From: Escherichia coli
GTDB taxonomy: Bacteria; Pseudomonadota; Gammaproteobacteria; Enterobacterales; Enterobacteriaceae
DNA length: 64,000 nt
Assembly: GCF_003019035.1 (NCBI RefSeq)
Contig: NZ_CP027447.1
Strand: one strand, 5' to 3'
The first letter of the stretch is position 1. The number at the start of each line of letters is the position of its first letter. The notes below the pieces were generated by a model. That model saw only the letters and a list, made by a program, of their open reading frames with translations. It ran no database searches and had not been told where the DNA came from. This document shows, one piece after another, positions 1-12,043 of this stretch. A program made the position numbers and the translations under genes.

Positions 1-123
1 TTTGCCCAACATAAAGGGTATCCAACCGCTTTTCATCTGGAAAAACTGGCTGAATATGGCGCGACTGAACATCATCGTCGCAGCTTTGGGCCTGTCAAAC
101 GCGCACTGGGACTTGCGTCCTGA
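1..123 (+). CDS. rnhB: 3' end of ribonuclease HII gene (partial, start outside window)
   Basis: Frame-1 reading ends at TGA 121-123; C-terminal peptide ...[36 protein letters not shown]; sits directly upstream of dnaE as in E. coli. Confidence 0.7.
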   Translation, partial: FAQHKGYPTAFHLEKLAEYGATEHHRRSFGPVKRALGLAS

Positions 124-159
124 TTCTTGTGTCGAGATTAAGTAAACCGGAATCTGAAG

Positions 160-3100
160 ATGTCTGAACCACGTTTCGTACACCTGCGGGTGCACAGCGA
201 CTACTCGATGATCGATGGCCTGGCCAAAACCGCACCGCTGGTAAAAAAGGCGGCGGCGTTGGGTATGCCAGCACTGGCGATCACCGATTTCACCAACCTT
301 TGTGGTCTGGTGAAGTTCTACGGAGCGGGACATGGCGCAGGGATTAAGCCTATCGTCGGGGCAGATTTTAATGTCCAGTGTGACCTGCTGGGTGATGAGT
401 TAACCCACCTGACGGTGCTGGCGGCGAACAATACCGGCTATCAGAATCTGACGTTGCTGATCTCAAAAGCGTATCAGCGCGGGTACGGTGCCGCCGGGCC
501 GATCATCGATCGCGACTGGCTTATCGAATTAAACGAAGGGTTGATCCTTCTTTCCGGCGGGCGCATGGGCGACGTCGGACGCAGTCTTTTGCGTGGTAAC
601 AGCGCGCTGGTAGATGAGTGTGTCGCGTTTTATGAAGAACACTTCCCGGATCGCTATTTTCTCGAGCTGATCCGCACCGGCAGGCCGGACGAAGAAAGCT
701 ATCTGCACGCGGCGGTGGAACTGGCGGAAGCGCGCGGTTTACCCGTTGTGGCGACCAACGACGTGCGCTTTATCGACAGCAGCGACTTTGACGCACACGA
801 AATCCGCGTCGCGATCCACGACGGCTTTACCCTCGACGATCCTAAACGCCCGCGTAACTATTCGCCGCAGCAATATATGCGTAGCGAAGAGGAGATGTGT
901 GAGCTGTTTGCCGATATCCCCGAAGCCCTTGCCAACACCGTTGAGATCGCCAAACGCTGTAACGTGACCGTGCGCCTTGGTGAATACTTCCTGCCGCAGT
1001 TCCCGACCGGGGACATGAGCACCGAAGATTATCTGGTCAAGCGTGCAAAAGAAGGCCTGGAAGAGCGTCTGGCCTTTTTATTCCCTGACGAGGAAGAACG
1101 TCTGAAGCGCCGCCCGGAATATGACGAGCGTCTGGAGACTGAACTTCAGGTTATCAACCAGATGGGCTTCCCGGGTTACTTCCTCATCGTTATGGAATTT
1201 ATCCAGTGGTCGAAAGATAACGGCGTACCGGTAGGGCCAGGCCGTGGCTCCGGTGCGGGTTCACTGGTGGCCTACGCGCTGAAAATCACCGACCTCGATC
1301 CGCTGGAATTTGACCTGCTGTTCGAACGTTTCCTTAACCCGGAACGTGTCTCCATGCCTGACTTCGACGTTGACTTCTGTATGGAGAAACGCGATCAGGT
1401 TATCGAACACGTCGCGGACATGTACGGTCGTGATGCGGTATCACAGATCATCACCTTCGGTACGATGGCGGCGAAAGCGGTGATCCGCGACGTAGGCCGC
1501 GTGCTGGGGCATCCGTACGGTTTTGTCGATCGTATCTCGAAACTGATCCCGCCCGATCCGGGGATGACGCTGGCGAAAGCGTTTGAAGCCGAGCCGCAGC
1601 TGCCGGAAATCTACGAAGCGGATGAAGAAGTTAAGGCGCTGATCGACATGGCGCGCAAACTGGAAGGGGTCACCCGTAACGCCGGTAAGCACGCCGGTGG
1701 GGTGGTTATCGCACCGACCAAAATTACCGATTTTGCGCCGCTTTACTGCGATGAAGAGGGCAAACATCCAGTCACCCAGTTTGATAAAAGCGACGTTGAA
1801 TACGCCGGGCTGGTGAAGTTCGACTTCCTCGGTTTGCGTACGCTCACCATCATCAACTGGGCGCTGGAGATGATCAACAAGCGGCGGGCGAAGAATGGCG
1901 AGCCGCCGCTGGATATCGCCGCGATCCCGCTGGATGACAAGAAAAGCTTCGACATGCTGCAACGCTCGGAAACCACGGCGGTATTCCAGCTTGAATCGCG
2001 CGGCATGAAGGACCTGATCAAGCGTCTGCAACCTGACTGCTTCGAAGATATGATCGCACTGGTGGCACTGTTCCGCCCCGGTCCGTTGCAATCAGGGATG
2101 GTGGATAACTTTATCGACCGTAAACATGGTCGCGAAGAGATCTCCTATCCGGACGTGCAGTGGCAGCATGAAAGCCTGAAACCGGTACTGGAGCCAACCT
2201 ACGGCATCATCCTGTATCAGGAACAGGTCATGCAGATTGCCCAGGTGCTTTCTGGTTATACCCTCGGTGGCGCGGATATGCTGCGTCGTGCGATGGGTAA
2301 GAAAAAGCCGGAAGAGATGGCTAAGCAGCGTTCTGTATTTGCTGAAGGTGCAGAAAAGAACGGAATCAACGCCGAACTGGCGATGAAAATCTTCGACCTG
2401 GTGGAGAAATTCGCGGGTTACGGATTTAACAAATCGCACTCTGCGGCCTATGCTTTGGTGTCATATCAAACGTTATGGCTGAAAGCGCACTATCCGGCGG
2501 AGTTTATGGCGGCGGTAATGACCGCCGATATGGACAACACCGAGAAGGTGGTGGGCCTGGTGGATGAGTGCTGGCGGATGGGGCTGAAAATCCTGCCACC
2601 AGATATAAACTCCGGTCTTTACCATTTCCACGTCAACGACGACGGCGAAATCGTGTATGGTATTGGCGCGATCAAAGGGGTAGGTGAAGGTCCGATTGAG
2701 GCGATCATTGAAGCCCGTAATAAAGGCGGCTATTTCCGTGAATTGTTTGATCTCTGCGCCCGTACAGACACCAAAAAGTTAAACCGGCGAGTGCTGGAAA
2801 AACTGATCATGTCCGGGGCGTTTGACCGTCTTGGGCCACACCGCGCGGCGCTGATGAACTCGCTGGGCGATGCGTTAAAGGCGGCTGATCAACACGCGAA
2901 AGCAGAAGCCATCGGTCAGGCCGATATGTTCGGCGTGCTGGCAGAAGAGCCGGAACAAATTGAACAATCCTACGCCAGCTGCCAACCGTGGCCGGAGCAG
3001 GTGGTATTAGATGGGGAACGTGAAACGTTAGGTCTGTACCTGACGGGACACCCTATCAACCAGTATTTAAAAGAGATTGAGCGTTATGTCGGAGGCGTAA

Positions 3101-3642
3101 GGCTGAAAGACATGCACCCGACAGAACGTGGTAAAGTCATCACGGCTGCGGGGCTCGTTGTTGCCGCGCGGGTTATGGTCACCAAGCGCGGCAATCGTAT
3201 CGGTATCTGCACGCTGGATGACCGTTCCGGGCGGCTGGAAGTGATGTTGTTTACTGACGCCCTGGATAAATACCAGCAATTGCTGGAAAAAGACCGCATA
3301 CTTATCGTCAGCGGACAGGTCAGCTTTGATGACTTCAGCGGTGGGCTTAAAATGACCGCTCGCGAAGTGATGGATATTGACGAAGCCCGGGAAAAATATG
3401 CTCGCGGGCTTGCTATCTCGCTGACGGACAGGCAAATTGATGACCAGCTTTTAAACCGACTCCGTCAGTCTCTGGAACCCCACCGCTCTGGGACAATTCC
3501 AGTACATCTCTACTATCAGAGGGCGGATGCACGCGCGCGGTTGCGTTTTGGCGCGACGTGGCGTGTCTCTCCGAGCGATCGTTTATTAAACGATCTCCGT
3601 GGCCTCATTGGTTCGGAGCAGGTGGAACTGGAGTTTGACTAA
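160..3642 (+). CDS. dnaE: DNA polymerase III alpha subunit
   Basis: 1160-aa ORF, N-terminus [24 protein letters not shown] (PHP domain), length and synteny match DnaE. Confidence 0.97.
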   Translation: MSEPRFVHLRVHSDYSMIDGLAKTAPLVKKAAALGMPALAITDFTNLCGLVKFYGAGHGAGIKPIVGADFNVQCDLLGDELTHLTVLAANNTGYQNLTLLISKAYQRGYGAAGPIIDRDWLIELNEGLILLSGGRMGDVGRSLLRGNSALVDECVAFYEEHFPDRYFLELIRTGRPDEESYLHAAVELAEARGLPVVATNDVRFIDSSDFDAHEIRVAIHDGFTLDDPKRPRNYSPQQYMRSEEEMCELFADIPEALANTVEIAKRCNVTVRLGEYFLPQFPTGDMSTEDYLVKRAKEGLEERLAFLFPDEEERLKRRPEYDERLETELQVINQMGFPGYFLIVMEFIQWSKDNGVPVGPGRGSGAGSLVAYALKITDLDPLEFDLLFERFLNPERVSMPDFDVDFCMEKRDQVIEHVADMYGRDAVSQIITFGTMAAKAVIRDVGRVLGHPYGFVDRISKLIPPDPGMTLAKAFEAEPQLPEIYEADEEVKALIDMARKLEGVTRNAGKHAGGVVIAPTKITDFAPLYCDEEGKHPVTQFDKSDVEYAGLVKFDFLGLRTLTIINWALEMINKRRAKNGEPPLDIAAIPLDDKKSFDMLQRSETTAVFQLESRGMKDLIKRLQPDCFEDMIALVALFRPGPLQSGMVDNFIDRKHGREEISYPDVQWQHESLKPVLEPTYGIILYQEQVMQIAQVLSGYTLGGADMLRRAMGKKKPEEMAKQRSVFAEGAEKNGINAELAMKIFDLVEKFAGYGFNKSHSAAYALVSYQTLWLKAHYPAEFMAAVMTADMDNTEKVVGLVDECWRMGLKILPPDINSGLYHFHVNDDGEIVYGIGAIKGVGEGPIEAIIEARNKGGYFRELFDLCARTDTKKLNRRVLEKLIMSGAFDRLGPHRAALMNSLGDALKAADQHAKAEAIGQADMFGVLAEEPEQIEQSYASCQPWPEQVVLDGERETLGLYLTGHPINQYLKEIERYVGGVRLKDMHPTERGKVITAAGLVVAARVMVTKRGNRIGICTLDDRSGRLEVMLFTDALDKYQQLLEKDRILIVSGQVSFDDFSGGLKMTAREVMDIDEAREKYARGLAISLTDRQIDDQLLNRLRQSLEPHRSGTIPVHLYYQRADARARLRFGATWRVSPSDRLLNDLRGLIGSEQVELEFD

Positions 3643-3654
3643 TACAGGAATACT

Positions 3655-4614
3655 ATGAGTCTGAATTTCCTTGATTTTGAACAGCCGATTGCAGAGCTGG
3701 AAGCGAAAATCGATTCTCTGACTGCGGTTAGCCGTCAGGATGAGAAACTGGATATTAACATCGATGAAGAAGTGCATCGTCTGCGTGAAAAAAGCGTAGA
3801 ACTGACGCGTAAAATCTTCGCCGATCTCGGTGCATGGCAGATTGCGCAACTGGCACGCCATCCACAGCGTCCTTATACCCTGGATTACGTTCGCCTGGCA
3901 TTTGATGAATTTGACGAACTGGCTGGCGACCGCGCGTATGCAGACGATAAAGCTATCGTCGGTGGTATCGCCCGTCTCGATGGTCGTCCGGTGATGATCA
4001 TTGGTCATCAAAAAGGTCGTGAAACCAAAGAAAAAATTCGCCGTAACTTTGGTATGCCAGCGCCAGAAGGTTACCGTAAAGCACTGCGTCTGATGCAAAT
4101 GGCTGAACGCTTTAAGATGCCTATCATCACCTTTATCGACACCCCGGGGGCTTATCCTGGCGTGGGCGCAGAAGAGCGTGGTCAGTCTGAAGCCATTGCA
4201 CGCAACCTGCGTGAAATGTCTCGCCTCGGCGTACCGGTAGTTTGTACGGTTATCGGTGAAGGTGGTTCTGGCGGTGCGCTGGCGATTGGCGTGGGCGATA
4301 AAGTGAATATGCTGCAATACAGCACCTATTCCGTTATCTCGCCGGAAGGTTGTGCGTCCATTCTGTGGAAGAGCGCTGACAAAGCGCCGCTGGCGGCTGA
4401 AGCGATGGGTATCATCGCTCCGCGTCTGAAAGAGCTGAAACTGATCGACTCCATCATCCCGGAACCGCTGGGCGGCGCTCACCGTAACCCGGAAGCGATG
4501 GCGGCATCGTTGAAAGCGCAACTGCTGGCGGATCTGGCCGATCTCGACGTGTTAAGCACTGAAGATTTAAAAAATCGTCGTTATCAGCGCCTGATGAGCT
4601 ACGGTTACGCGTAA
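3655..4614 (+). CDS. accA: Acetyl-CoA carboxylase carboxyltransferase alpha subunit
   Basis: 319-aa [25 protein letters not shown]..., immediately downstream of dnaE. Confidence 0.97.
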   Translation: MSLNFLDFEQPIAELEAKIDSLTAVSRQDEKLDINIDEEVHRLREKSVELTRKIFADLGAWQIAQLARHPQRPYTLDYVRLAFDEFDELAGDRAYADDKAIVGGIARLDGRPVMIIGHQKGRETKEKIRRNFGMPAPEGYRKALRLMQMAERFKMPIITFIDTPGAYPGVGAEERGQSEAIARNLREMSRLGVPVVCTVIGEGGSGGALAIGVGDKVNMLQYSTYSVISPEGCASILWKSADKAPLAAEAMGIIAPRLKELKLIDSIIPEPLGGAHRNPEAMAASLKAQLLADLADLDVLSTEDLKNRRYQRLMSYGYA

Positions 4615-4632
4615 TCGGCAAATGTTCTGAAA

Positions 4633-4657
4633 AGGGTCACTTCGGTGGCCCTTTTTT
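4633..4657 (+). terminator. Rho-independent terminator after accA
   Basis: GGGTCAC-TTCG-GTGGCCC hairpin followed by TTTTTT. Confidence 0.5.
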
Positions 4658-4711
4658 ATCGCCACGGTTTGAGCAGGCTATGATTAAGGAAGGATTTTCC
4701 AGGAGGAACAC

Positions 4712-6853
4712 ATGAACATCATTGCCATTATGGGACCGCATGGCGTCTTTTATAAAGATGAGCCCATCAAAGAACTGGAGTCGGCGCTGGTGGCGCAAGG
4801 CTTTCAGATTATCTGGCCACAAAACAGCGTTGATTTGCTGAAGTTTATCGAACATAACCCACGAATTTGCGGCGTGATTTTTGACTGGGATGAGTACAGT
4901 CTCGATTTATGTAGCGATATCAATCAACTTAATGAATATCTCCCGCTTTATGCCTTCATCAACACCCACTCGACGATGGATGTCAGCGTGCAGGATATGC
5001 GGATGGCGCTCTGGTTTTTTGAATATGCGCTGGGGCAGGCGGAAGATATCGCCATTCGTATGCGTCAGTACACCAACGAATATCTTGATAACATTACGCC
5101 GCCGTTCACGAAAGCCTTGTTTACCTACGTCAAAGAGCGGAAGTACACCTTTTGTACGCCGGGTCATATGGGCGGCACCGCATATCAAAAAAGCCCGGTT
5201 GGCTGTCTGTTTTATGATTTTTTCGGCGGGAATACTCTTAAGGCTGATGTCTCTATTTCGGTTACCGAGCTTGGTTCGTTGCTCGACCACACCGGGCCAC
5301 ACCTGGAAGCGGAAGAGTACATCGCGCGGACTTTTGGCGCGGAACAGAGTTATATCGTTACCAACGGAACATCGACGTCGAACAAAATTGTGGGTATGTA
5401 CGCCGCGCCATCCGGCAGTACGCTGTTGATCGACCGCAATTGTCATAAATCGCTGGCGCATCTGTTGATGATGAACGATGTAGTGCCAGTCTGGCTGAAA
5501 CCGACGCGTAATGCGTTGGGGATTCTTGGTGGGATCCCGCGCCGTGAATTTACTCGCGACAGCATCGAAGAGAAAGTCGCTGCTACCACGCAAGCACAAT
5601 GGCCGGTTCATGCGGTGATTACCAACTCCACCTATGATGGCTTGCTCTACAACACCGACTGGATCAAACAGACGCTGGATGTCCCGTCGATTCACTTCGA
5701 TTCTGCCTGGGTGCCGTACACCCATTTTCATCCGATCTACCAGGGTAAAAGTGGTATGAGCGGCGAGCGTGTTGCGGGAAAAGTGATCTTCGAAACGCAA
5801 TCGACCCACAAAATGCTGGCGGCGTTATCGCAGGCTTCGCTGATCCACATTAAAGGCGAGTATGACGAAGAGGCGTTTAACGAAGCCTTTATGATGCATA
5901 CCACCACCTCGCCCAGTTATCCCATTGTTGCTTCGGTTGAGACGGCGGCGGCGATGCTGCGTGGTAATCCGGGCAAACGGCTGATTAACCGTTCAGTAGA
6001 ACGAGCGCTGCATTTTCGCAAAGAGGTCCAGCGGCTGCGGGAAGAGTCTGACGGCTGGTTTTTCGATATCTGGCAACCGCCGCAGGTGGATGAAGCCGAA
6101 TGCTGGCCCGTTGCGCCTGGCGAACAGTGGCACGGCTTTAGCGATGCGGATGCCAATCACATGTTTCTCGATCCGGTTAAAGTCACTATTTTGACACCGG
6201 GGATGGACGAGCAGGGCAATATGAGCGAGGAGGGGATCCCGGCGGCGCTGGTGGCAAAATTCCTCGACGGACGTGGGATCGTAGTAGAGAAAACCGGCCC
6301 GTATAACCTGCTGTTTCTTTTTAGTATTGGCATCGATAAAACCAAGGCAATGGGATTATTGCGTGGGTTGACGGAATTCAAACGCTCTTACGATCTCAAC
6401 CTGCGGATCAAAAATATGCTACCCGATCTCTATGCAGAAGATCCCGATTTCTACCGCAATATGCGTATTCAGGATCTGGCGCAAGGGATCCATAAGCTGA
6501 TTCGTAAACACGATCTTCCCGGTTTGATGTTGCGGGCATTCGATACCTTGCCGGAGATGATCATGACGCCACATCAGGCATGGCAGAGACAGATTAAAGG
6601 TGAAGTAGAAACCATTGCGCTGGAACAACTGGTCGGTAGAGTATCGGCAAATATGATCCTGCCTTATCCACCGGGCGTACCGCTGTTGATGCCAGGAGAA
6701 ATGCTGACCAAAGAGAGCCGCACGGTACTCGATTTTCTACTGATGCTTTGTTCCGTAGGGCAACATTACCCCGGTTTTGAAACGGATATTCACGGCGCGA
6801 AACAGGACGAAGACGGCGTTTACCGCGTACGAGTCCTAAAAATGGCGGGATAA
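4712..6853 (+). CDS. ldcC: Lysine decarboxylase, constitutive
   Basis: 713-aa ORF with fold-type I PLP decarboxylase motifs (STHKML), located accA-downstream as ldcC. Confidence 0.93.
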   Translation: MNIIAIMGPHGVFYKDEPIKELESALVAQGFQIIWPQNSVDLLKFIEHNPRICGVIFDWDEYSLDLCSDINQLNEYLPLYAFINTHSTMDVSVQDMRMALWFFEYALGQAEDIAIRMRQYTNEYLDNITPPFTKALFTYVKERKYTFCTPGHMGGTAYQKSPVGCLFYDFFGGNTLKADVSISVTELGSLLDHTGPHLEAEEYIARTFGAEQSYIVTNGTSTSNKIVGMYAAPSGSTLLIDRNCHKSLAHLLMMNDVVPVWLKPTRNALGILGGIPRREFTRDSIEEKVAATTQAQWPVHAVITNSTYDGLLYNTDWIKQTLDVPSIHFDSAWVPYTHFHPIYQGKSGMSGERVAGKVIFETQSTHKMLAALSQASLIHIKGEYDEEAFNEAFMMHTTTSPSYPIVASVETAAAMLRGNPGKRLINRSVERALHFRKEVQRLREESDGWFFDIWQPPQVDEAECWPVAPGEQWHGFSDADANHMFLDPVKVTILTPGMDEQGNMSEEGIPAALVAKFLDGRGIVVEKTGPYNLLFLFSIGIDKTKAMGLLRGLTEFKRSYDLNLRIKNMLPDLYAEDPDFYRNMRIQDLAQGIHKLIRKHDLPGLMLRAFDTLPEMIMTPHQAWQRQIKGEVETIALEQLVGRVSANMILPYPPGVPLLMPGEMLTKESRTVLDFLLMLCSVGQHYPGFETDIHGAKQDEDGVYRVRVLKMAG

Positions 6854-6909
6854 CTTGCCAGAGCGGCTTCCGGGCGAGTAACGTGCTGTTAACAAATAAA
6901 GGAGACGTT

Positions 6910-7299
6910 ATGCTGGGTTTAAAACAGGTTCACCATATTGCGATTATTGCGACGGATTATGCGGTGAGCAAAGCTTTCTACTGCGATATTCTTGGTTTCA
7001 CGCTGCAAAGCGAAGTCTATCGCGAAGCGCGCGACTCGTGGAAAGGGGATTTGGCGCTTAATGGGCAATATGTGATTGAGCTTTTCTCTTTTCCGTTCCC
7101 GCCGGAGCGCCCCAGCCGACCGGAAGCTTGCGGCCTGCGTCATCTGGCTTTTAGCGTTGATGACATCGATGCGGCAGTGGCGCACCTTGAAAGCCATAAC
7201 GTGAAGTGTGAAGCCATCCGTGTCGATCCATACACGCAAAAACGCTTCACCTTCTTTAACGATCCGGACGGGCTGCCGTTGGAACTGTATGAGCAGTAA
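6910..7299 (+). CDS. yaeR: VOC/glyoxalase-family protein YaeR
   Basis: ORF 6883-7299; start chosen at internal Met (MLGLKQVHHIAIIATDYAVSKAFY...) to match the known ~129-aa protein. Confidence 0.85.
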   Translation: MLGLKQVHHIAIIATDYAVSKAFYCDILGFTLQSEVYREARDSWKGDLALNGQYVIELFSFPFPPERPSRPEACGLRHLAFSVDDIDAAVAHLESHNVKCEAIRVDPYTQKRFTFFNDPDGLPLELYEQ

Positions 7300-7363
7300 G
7301 GCTTGTCATCGCCGCATTTGCCCGGTAACGTGCCGGGCATTGCTACTGTAAAATCGCACCATC

Positions 7364-8677
7364 ATGACACTCACGCTCAATAGACAACTTCTCACCTCAC
7401 GCCAGATTCTGGTGGCCTTTAGCGGCGGGCTTGACTCCACCGTTCTGCTGCATCAGTTGGTGCAGTGGCGGACGGAAAATCCGGGCGTCACTCTGCGCGC
7501 TATTCATGTGCATCACGGTTTAAGTGCCAATGCCGATGCCTGGGTTACGCATTGCGAAAACGTCTGCCAACAGTGGCAGGTGCCGCTGGTGGTCGAACGC
7601 GTACAACTTGCGCAAGAGGGGCTGGGGATTGAGGCCCAAGCGCGGCAGGCGCGTTATCAGGCATTTGCCCGTACCCTATTGCCCGGCGAAGTGCTGGTCA
7701 CCGCGCAACATCTCGACGATCAATGTGAAACCTTTCTGCTGGCGCTAAAACGCGGTAGCGGCCCTGCCGGGCTTTCGGCTATGGCGGAAGTTTCGGAGTT
7801 TACCGGAACACGGCTTATCCGCCCGTTGCTTGCCCGCACGCGGGGGGAACTGGAGCAGTGGGCGCGTCAGTATGATTTACGCTGGATTGAAGACGAAAGT
7901 AATCAGGATGACTCATACGATCGTAACTTTCTGCGCCTGCGCGTAGTGCCGTTATTGCAGCAGCGTTGGCCGCATTTTGCCGAAGCAACAGCCCGCAGCG
8001 CCGCACTTTGCGCTGAACAAGAGAGCCTGTTAGATGAACTGCTGTCGGATGATTTAGCGCACTGCCAAACGCAACAGGGAACGTTAAAGATTGCGCCAAT
8101 GGTGGCAATGAGCGATGCCCGTCGCGCGGCGATTATCCGCCGCTGGCTGGCAGGGCAGAATGCACCGATGCCTTCCCGCGACGCGTTGGTGAGGATCTGG
8201 CAGGAAGTGGCGCTGGCGCGAGAAGATGCTTCCCCCTGTTTACGTTTGGGTGCGTTTGAAATCCGCCGCTATCAATCGCAACTGTGGTGGATTAAATCCG
8301 TCACTGGGCAAAGCGAAACCATTCTGCCGTGGCAGACGTGGCTACAACCGCAGGAATTACCGGCGGGGCTGGGAAGTGTACAGCTTACTGCGGGAGGCGA
8401 TATTCGCCCTCCGCGTGCAGACGAAGCGGTCAGCGTGCGTTTCAAAGCGCCAGGATTGCTGCATATTGTCGGGCGCAACGGCGGACGTAAGCTGAAGAAA
8501 ATCTGGCAAGAGTTAGGCGTTCCGCCGTGGCTACGTGACACCACGCCACTGCTGTTTTATGGCGAAACGCTGATTGCGGCGGCAGGGGTATTTGTGACGC
8601 AAGAAGGTGTGGCTGTAGGTGAGAATGGCGTCAGTTTTATCTGGCAGAAAACGCTTAGTCAAGTGAAAGCCGGATAA
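7364..8677 (+). CDS. tilS: tRNA(Ile)-lysidine synthetase
   Basis: 437-aa ORF with PP-loop motif SGGLDS near the N-terminus. Confidence 0.92.
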   Translation: MTLTLNRQLLTSRQILVAFSGGLDSTVLLHQLVQWRTENPGVTLRAIHVHHGLSANADAWVTHCENVCQQWQVPLVVERVQLAQEGLGIEAQARQARYQAFARTLLPGEVLVTAQHLDDQCETFLLALKRGSGPAGLSAMAEVSEFTGTRLIRPLLARTRGELEQWARQYDLRWIEDESNQDDSYDRNFLRLRVVPLLQQRWPHFAEATARSAALCAEQESLLDELLSDDLAHCQTQQGTLKIAPMVAMSDARRAAIIRRWLAGQNAPMPSRDALVRIWQEVALAREDASPCLRLGAFEIRRYQSQLWWIKSVTGQSETILPWQTWLQPQELPAGLGSVQLTAGGDIRPPRADEAVSVRFKAPGLLHIVGRNGGRKLKKIWQELGVPPWLRDTTPLLFYGETLIAAAGVFVTQEGVAVGENGVSFIWQKTLSQVKAG

Positions 8678-8710
8678 GACGCATCAAACGTCGCATCCGG
8701 CGAAAGTCAA

Positions 8711-8971
8711 TCAGGACTCGCTCACCACCACCGTACCGATTTCCGGGTGGCTAAAGCTGGTAATTTTATCCAGACGCAGCTCGCGGGTTGCACCAGCGGC
8801 CTCGACGACCAGATACTCCACATTTTTGCGGGAGACTAAATCGCTGGCCTTCGCCTGCAATTTTTCGCCATCTTTCAGCTCAAGTGTCAGCATTAAATGA
8901 TGCTGGCAGGCGAGCTCAAGATTATCGTAATCATCACAATTGATTGGTTGATACGTATCATTCATTGACAT
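8711..8971 (-). CDS. rof: Rho-binding anti-terminator Rof
   Basis: 86-aa [29 protein letters not shown]... Confidence 0.9.
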
Positions 8972-9158
8972 AATCGCTCACCAGTAAGTTTGCCGCAGCG
9001 TATGCTGCTTTTTCCCTGACAGCCTCAGAAAGGGCGTCGTCGGCAGCCATTTCATTCAGCACTTTCAAAACGCAGCCCAGCGCGTCCGGAACGTATCCTA
9101 AGTCTCCGCTGGCGATTTCCGCGTACCGCTTGCGTATTAACTCACAATATTTTTCCAC
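8958..9158 (-). CDS. yaeP: UPF0253 protein YaeP
   Basis: ORF 8958-9176; GTG at 9158 gives the 66-aa (M)[22 protein letters not shown]... protein; overlaps rof start. Confidence 0.8.
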
Positions 9159-9323
9159 ATGCCCTCCTGTCAGCACTCTGACTTAACCGTGGATGCAAGT
9201 CTAAGCCTACGAAGATAAACTCTGTTTCGCAAGGTGACTATACCACACTCATTTCTGCAATATCAGCGCCGCAACTGCACGTATTCCGTTACAATGGCCT
9301 CCTGATTCGAAAGGAGTTTTCTT

Positions 9324-9869
9324 ATGGCGCTTAAAGCGACAATTTATAAAGCGACGGTTAATGTGGCCGATCTCGACCGCAACCAGTTTCTCGATGCCTC
9401 TCTGACGCTGGCGCGCCATCCTTCAGAAACCCAGGAGCGCATGATGCTGCGCCTGCTGGCGTGGCTAAAATATGCCGATGAACGTCTGCAATTTACCCGT
9501 GGTTTGTGTGCCGATGATGAGCCGGAAGCGTGGCTGCGTAACGATCATTTGGGTATTGATTTGTGGATTGAGCTGGGGCTGCCGGATGAGCGACGGATTA
9601 AGAAAGCCTGCACCCAGGCCGCAGAAGTGGCGCTGTTTGCCTATAATAGTCGGGCGGCGCAAATCTGGTGGCAGCAAAATCAGAGCAAATGTGCGCAGTT
9701 TGCCAATCTTTCCATCTGGTATCTGGACGATGAACAACTGGCGAAAGTAAGCGCTTTTGCCGATCGTACCATGACGCTGCAGGCAACGATTCAGGATGGC
9801 GTGATCTGGTTATCGGATGATAAGAATAATCTGGAAGTGAACTTAACCGCCTGGCAACAACCTTCATGA
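9324..9869 (+). CDS. yaeQ: YaeQ family protein
   Basis: 181-aa [25 protein letters not shown]... Confidence 0.9.
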   Translation: MALKATIYKATVNVADLDRNQFLDASLTLARHPSETQERMMLRLLAWLKYADERLQFTRGLCADDEPEAWLRNDHLGIDLWIELGLPDERRIKKACTQAAEVALFAYNSRAAQIWWQQNQSKCAQFANLSIWYLDDEQLAKVSAFADRTMTLQATIQDGVIWLSDDKNNLEVNLTAWQQPS

Positions 9870-10288
9870 TTGTGATTTCCCGACATGTTGCTATCCCCGA
9901 TGGTGAGCTTGAGATCACCGCCATTCGTGCGCAGGGCGCGGGCGGGCAGCATGTTAATAAGACCTCAACGGCTATTCATCTGCGTTTTGACATTCGGGCG
10001 TCCAGCCTACCAGAGTATTACAAAGAACGTCTGCTCGCCGCCAGCCATCACTTGATCAGCAGTGATGGGGTGATTGTCATTAAGGCACAGGAATACCGCA
10101 ATCAGGAGCTCAACCGCGAAGCGGCGCTGGCCCGGCTGGTGGCAGTGATTAAAGATTTAACAACAGAACAAAAAGCCCGACGACCCACGCGGCCCACCCG
10201 CGCATCAAAAGAGCGCAGGCTGGCATCGAAAGCACAAAAATCAAGCGTGAAGGCGATGCGCGGCAAAGTGCGCAGCGGTCGGGAATAA
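9866..10288 (+). CDS. arfB: Alternative ribosome-rescue factor / peptidyl-tRNA hydrolase ArfB (YaeJ)
   Basis: 140-aa ORF with GGQ motif ([15 protein letters not shown]) and basic C-terminal tail; 4-nt overlap with yaeQ. Confidence 0.92.
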   Translation: MIVISRHVAIPDGELEITAIRAQGAGGQHVNKTSTAIHLRFDIRASSLPEYYKERLLAASHHLISSDGVIVIKAQEYRNQELNREAALARLVAVIKDLTTEQKARRPTRPTRASKERRLASKAQKSSVKAMRGKVRSGRE

Positions 10289-10301
10289 AAAGAAGGAATG
10301 G

Positions 10302-11012
10302 ATGGTGAAAAAAGCGATAGTGACAGCGATGGCTGTAATCAGCCTCTTTACTCTGATGGGATGTAATAATCGGGCCGAAGTCGATACGCTTTCTCCGGCA
10401 CAGGCTGCCGAACTGAAACCGATGCCGCAAAGTTGGCGCGGCGTGCTGCCGTGTGCTGATTGCGAAGGAATCGAAACCTCTCTGTTCCTCGAAAAAGACG
10501 GAACCTGGGTGATGAATGAGCGTTATCTGGGGGCTCGTGAAGAACCTTCCTCCTTCGCTTCCTACGGTACATGGGCGCGAACCGCTGACAAGCTGGTATT
10601 AACCGACAGCAAAGGTGAAAAGTCATATTATCGCGCGAAAGGAGATGCGCTGGAGATGCTCGATCGTGAAGGTAATCCGATTGAATCGCAGTTCAACTAT
10701 ACGCTGGAACCGGCACAATCCAGCTTACCCATGACACCGATGACCCTGCGGGGCATGTATTTTTATATGGCTGATGCGGCGACCTTCACTGATTGCGCGA
10801 CCGGAAAACGTTTCATGGTGGCGAATAACGCAGAGCTGGAGCGTGGCTACCTGGCTGCGCGCGGTAACAGTGAAAAACCGGTGTTACTGTCAGTAGAAGG
10901 TCACTTTACGCTTGAGGCTAATCCGGATACTGGTGCGCCAACCAAAGTATTAGCGCCCGATACGGCGGGTAAATTTTACCCGAATAAGGATTGCAGTAGT
11001 TTGGGGCAGTAA
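10302..11012 (+). CDS. nlpE: Outer-membrane lipoprotein NlpE (CutF)
   Basis: 236-aa ORF, lipoprotein signal ...LMGCNN, CxxC motif (LPCADCEG). Confidence 0.92.
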   Translation: MVKKAIVTAMAVISLFTLMGCNNRAEVDTLSPAQAAELKPMPQSWRGVLPCADCEGIETSLFLEKDGTWVMNERYLGAREEPSSFASYGTWARTADKLVLTDSKGEKSYYRAKGDALEMLDREGNPIESQFNYTLEPAQSSLPMTPMTLRGMYFYMADAATFTDCATGKRFMVANNAELERGYLAARGNSEKPVLLSVEGHFTLEANPDTGAPTKVLAPDTAGKFYPNKDCSSLGQ

Positions 11013-11043
11013 ACCTGCTTAAGGCAGAAACAAACGCAAAATT

Positions 11044-11143
<100 letters not shown>

Positions 11144-11166
11144 TTTTGTGCACGAGGCTGGCTTTA

Positions 11167-12000
11167 TCACTGAGTCAGCCCAACAAAGCGACCCGCCTTG
11201 ATATAAATCCCAGGCTTCAGGTGCCCAACATACTGTAACTGCGTTTCTGGCTTAAACGCAGAGACATCACCAATACGCATATGCATCAGATCGGCAGGGC
11301 TAATCCAGCCCGATTGCGCCAGTGTAAGTGGATGCCCGGCTTTGGCAAAGGCATCCGTGACAAATTCCGAACAAAACCACGACTTTTTGTCTCCTTCGCC
11401 CACACTGCTTAACTGCGCTTTCGCCAGGCCGCTGACGCACTGTTGACGAAAATCCTCGGAGAACGGATTTAGTGAGCACATCTGGCGAGTCACCATAAAT
11501 GGAATAAATTCGACAATGCCGCGATAGTTGTAACCGCTATCTTTAATTTTGTTGGCGAACGCGGTGATTTCTGTGGCTTGTTGCGGGGTAAGATCCGGGA
11601 CCCGTAAGACGAAAAGCTTATCACTATGCTTTATGGCTTTTTTAAGGGAAACAATCTGGACGCCAGCGCCTGTCGCTTCTGCAACGTTATTATCACCCAG
11701 AAAGATTGCAACGTGACTCACAGAGGAAGTGCTGAAGACGCGGATTCCAAATGAGGTTACCCCAAGGCTTGAGGAGAACAGCAAATCGCCGGGTTTGAGA
11801 TCAGGTGCCGTTATTTCTTTTATTGATTGTTCGGTGAAAGAGCTTTGATGCTGGAATTTGACAGCCCATGTTTTTGCCTCGGCATCTACTGCTGTGGCTG
11901 ATGGGTCTGGCTGGCTGATATCAACGGTACAAGCCGAAAGTAAAAGAAAGCTGGGGAGAAACAGGCGGCAGTACGCCTTTGGTTTATCCATTTTATACAA
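11167..12000 (-). CDS. yaeF: NlpC/P60-family putative lipoprotein YaeF
   Basis: 277-aa ORF with signal peptide/lipobox (LLLSACT); exact start (12000 vs 11991) uncertain. Confidence 0.8.
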   Translation of the reverse strand: MYKMDKPKAYCRLFLPSFLLLSACTVDISQPDPSATAVDAEAKTWAVKFQHQSSFTEQSIKEITAPDLKPGDLLFSSSLGVTSFGIRVFSTSSVSHVAIFLGDNNVAEATGAGVQIVSLKKAIKHSDKLFVLRVPDLTPQQATEITAFANKIKDSGYNYRGIVEFIPFMVTRQMCSLNPFSEDFRQQCVSGLAKAQLSSVGEGDKKSWFCSEFVTDAFAKAGHPLTLAQSGWISPADLMHMRIGDVSAFKPETQLQYVGHLKPGIYIKAGRFVGLTQ

Positions 12001-12007
12001 TCCATGT

Positions 12008-12038
12008 AAAAAAAGGCCCTGAAATTCAGGACCCTTTC
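12008..12038 (-). terminator. Candidate rho-independent terminator downstream of proS
   Basis: Imperfect hairpin GGCCCTGAAATTCAGGACC with T-run on the minus strand. Confidence 0.4.
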
Positions 12039-12043
12039 TGGCA

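Noticed and set aside
3586-4521. 311-aa minus-strand ORF overlapping accA
   Set aside because: Antisense to the well-supported accA gene, Arg/Cys/His-rich low-complexity translation, no recognisable domain.
4907-5809. 300-aa minus-strand ORF inside ldcC
   Set aside because: Antisense to ldcC; unlikely to be coding.
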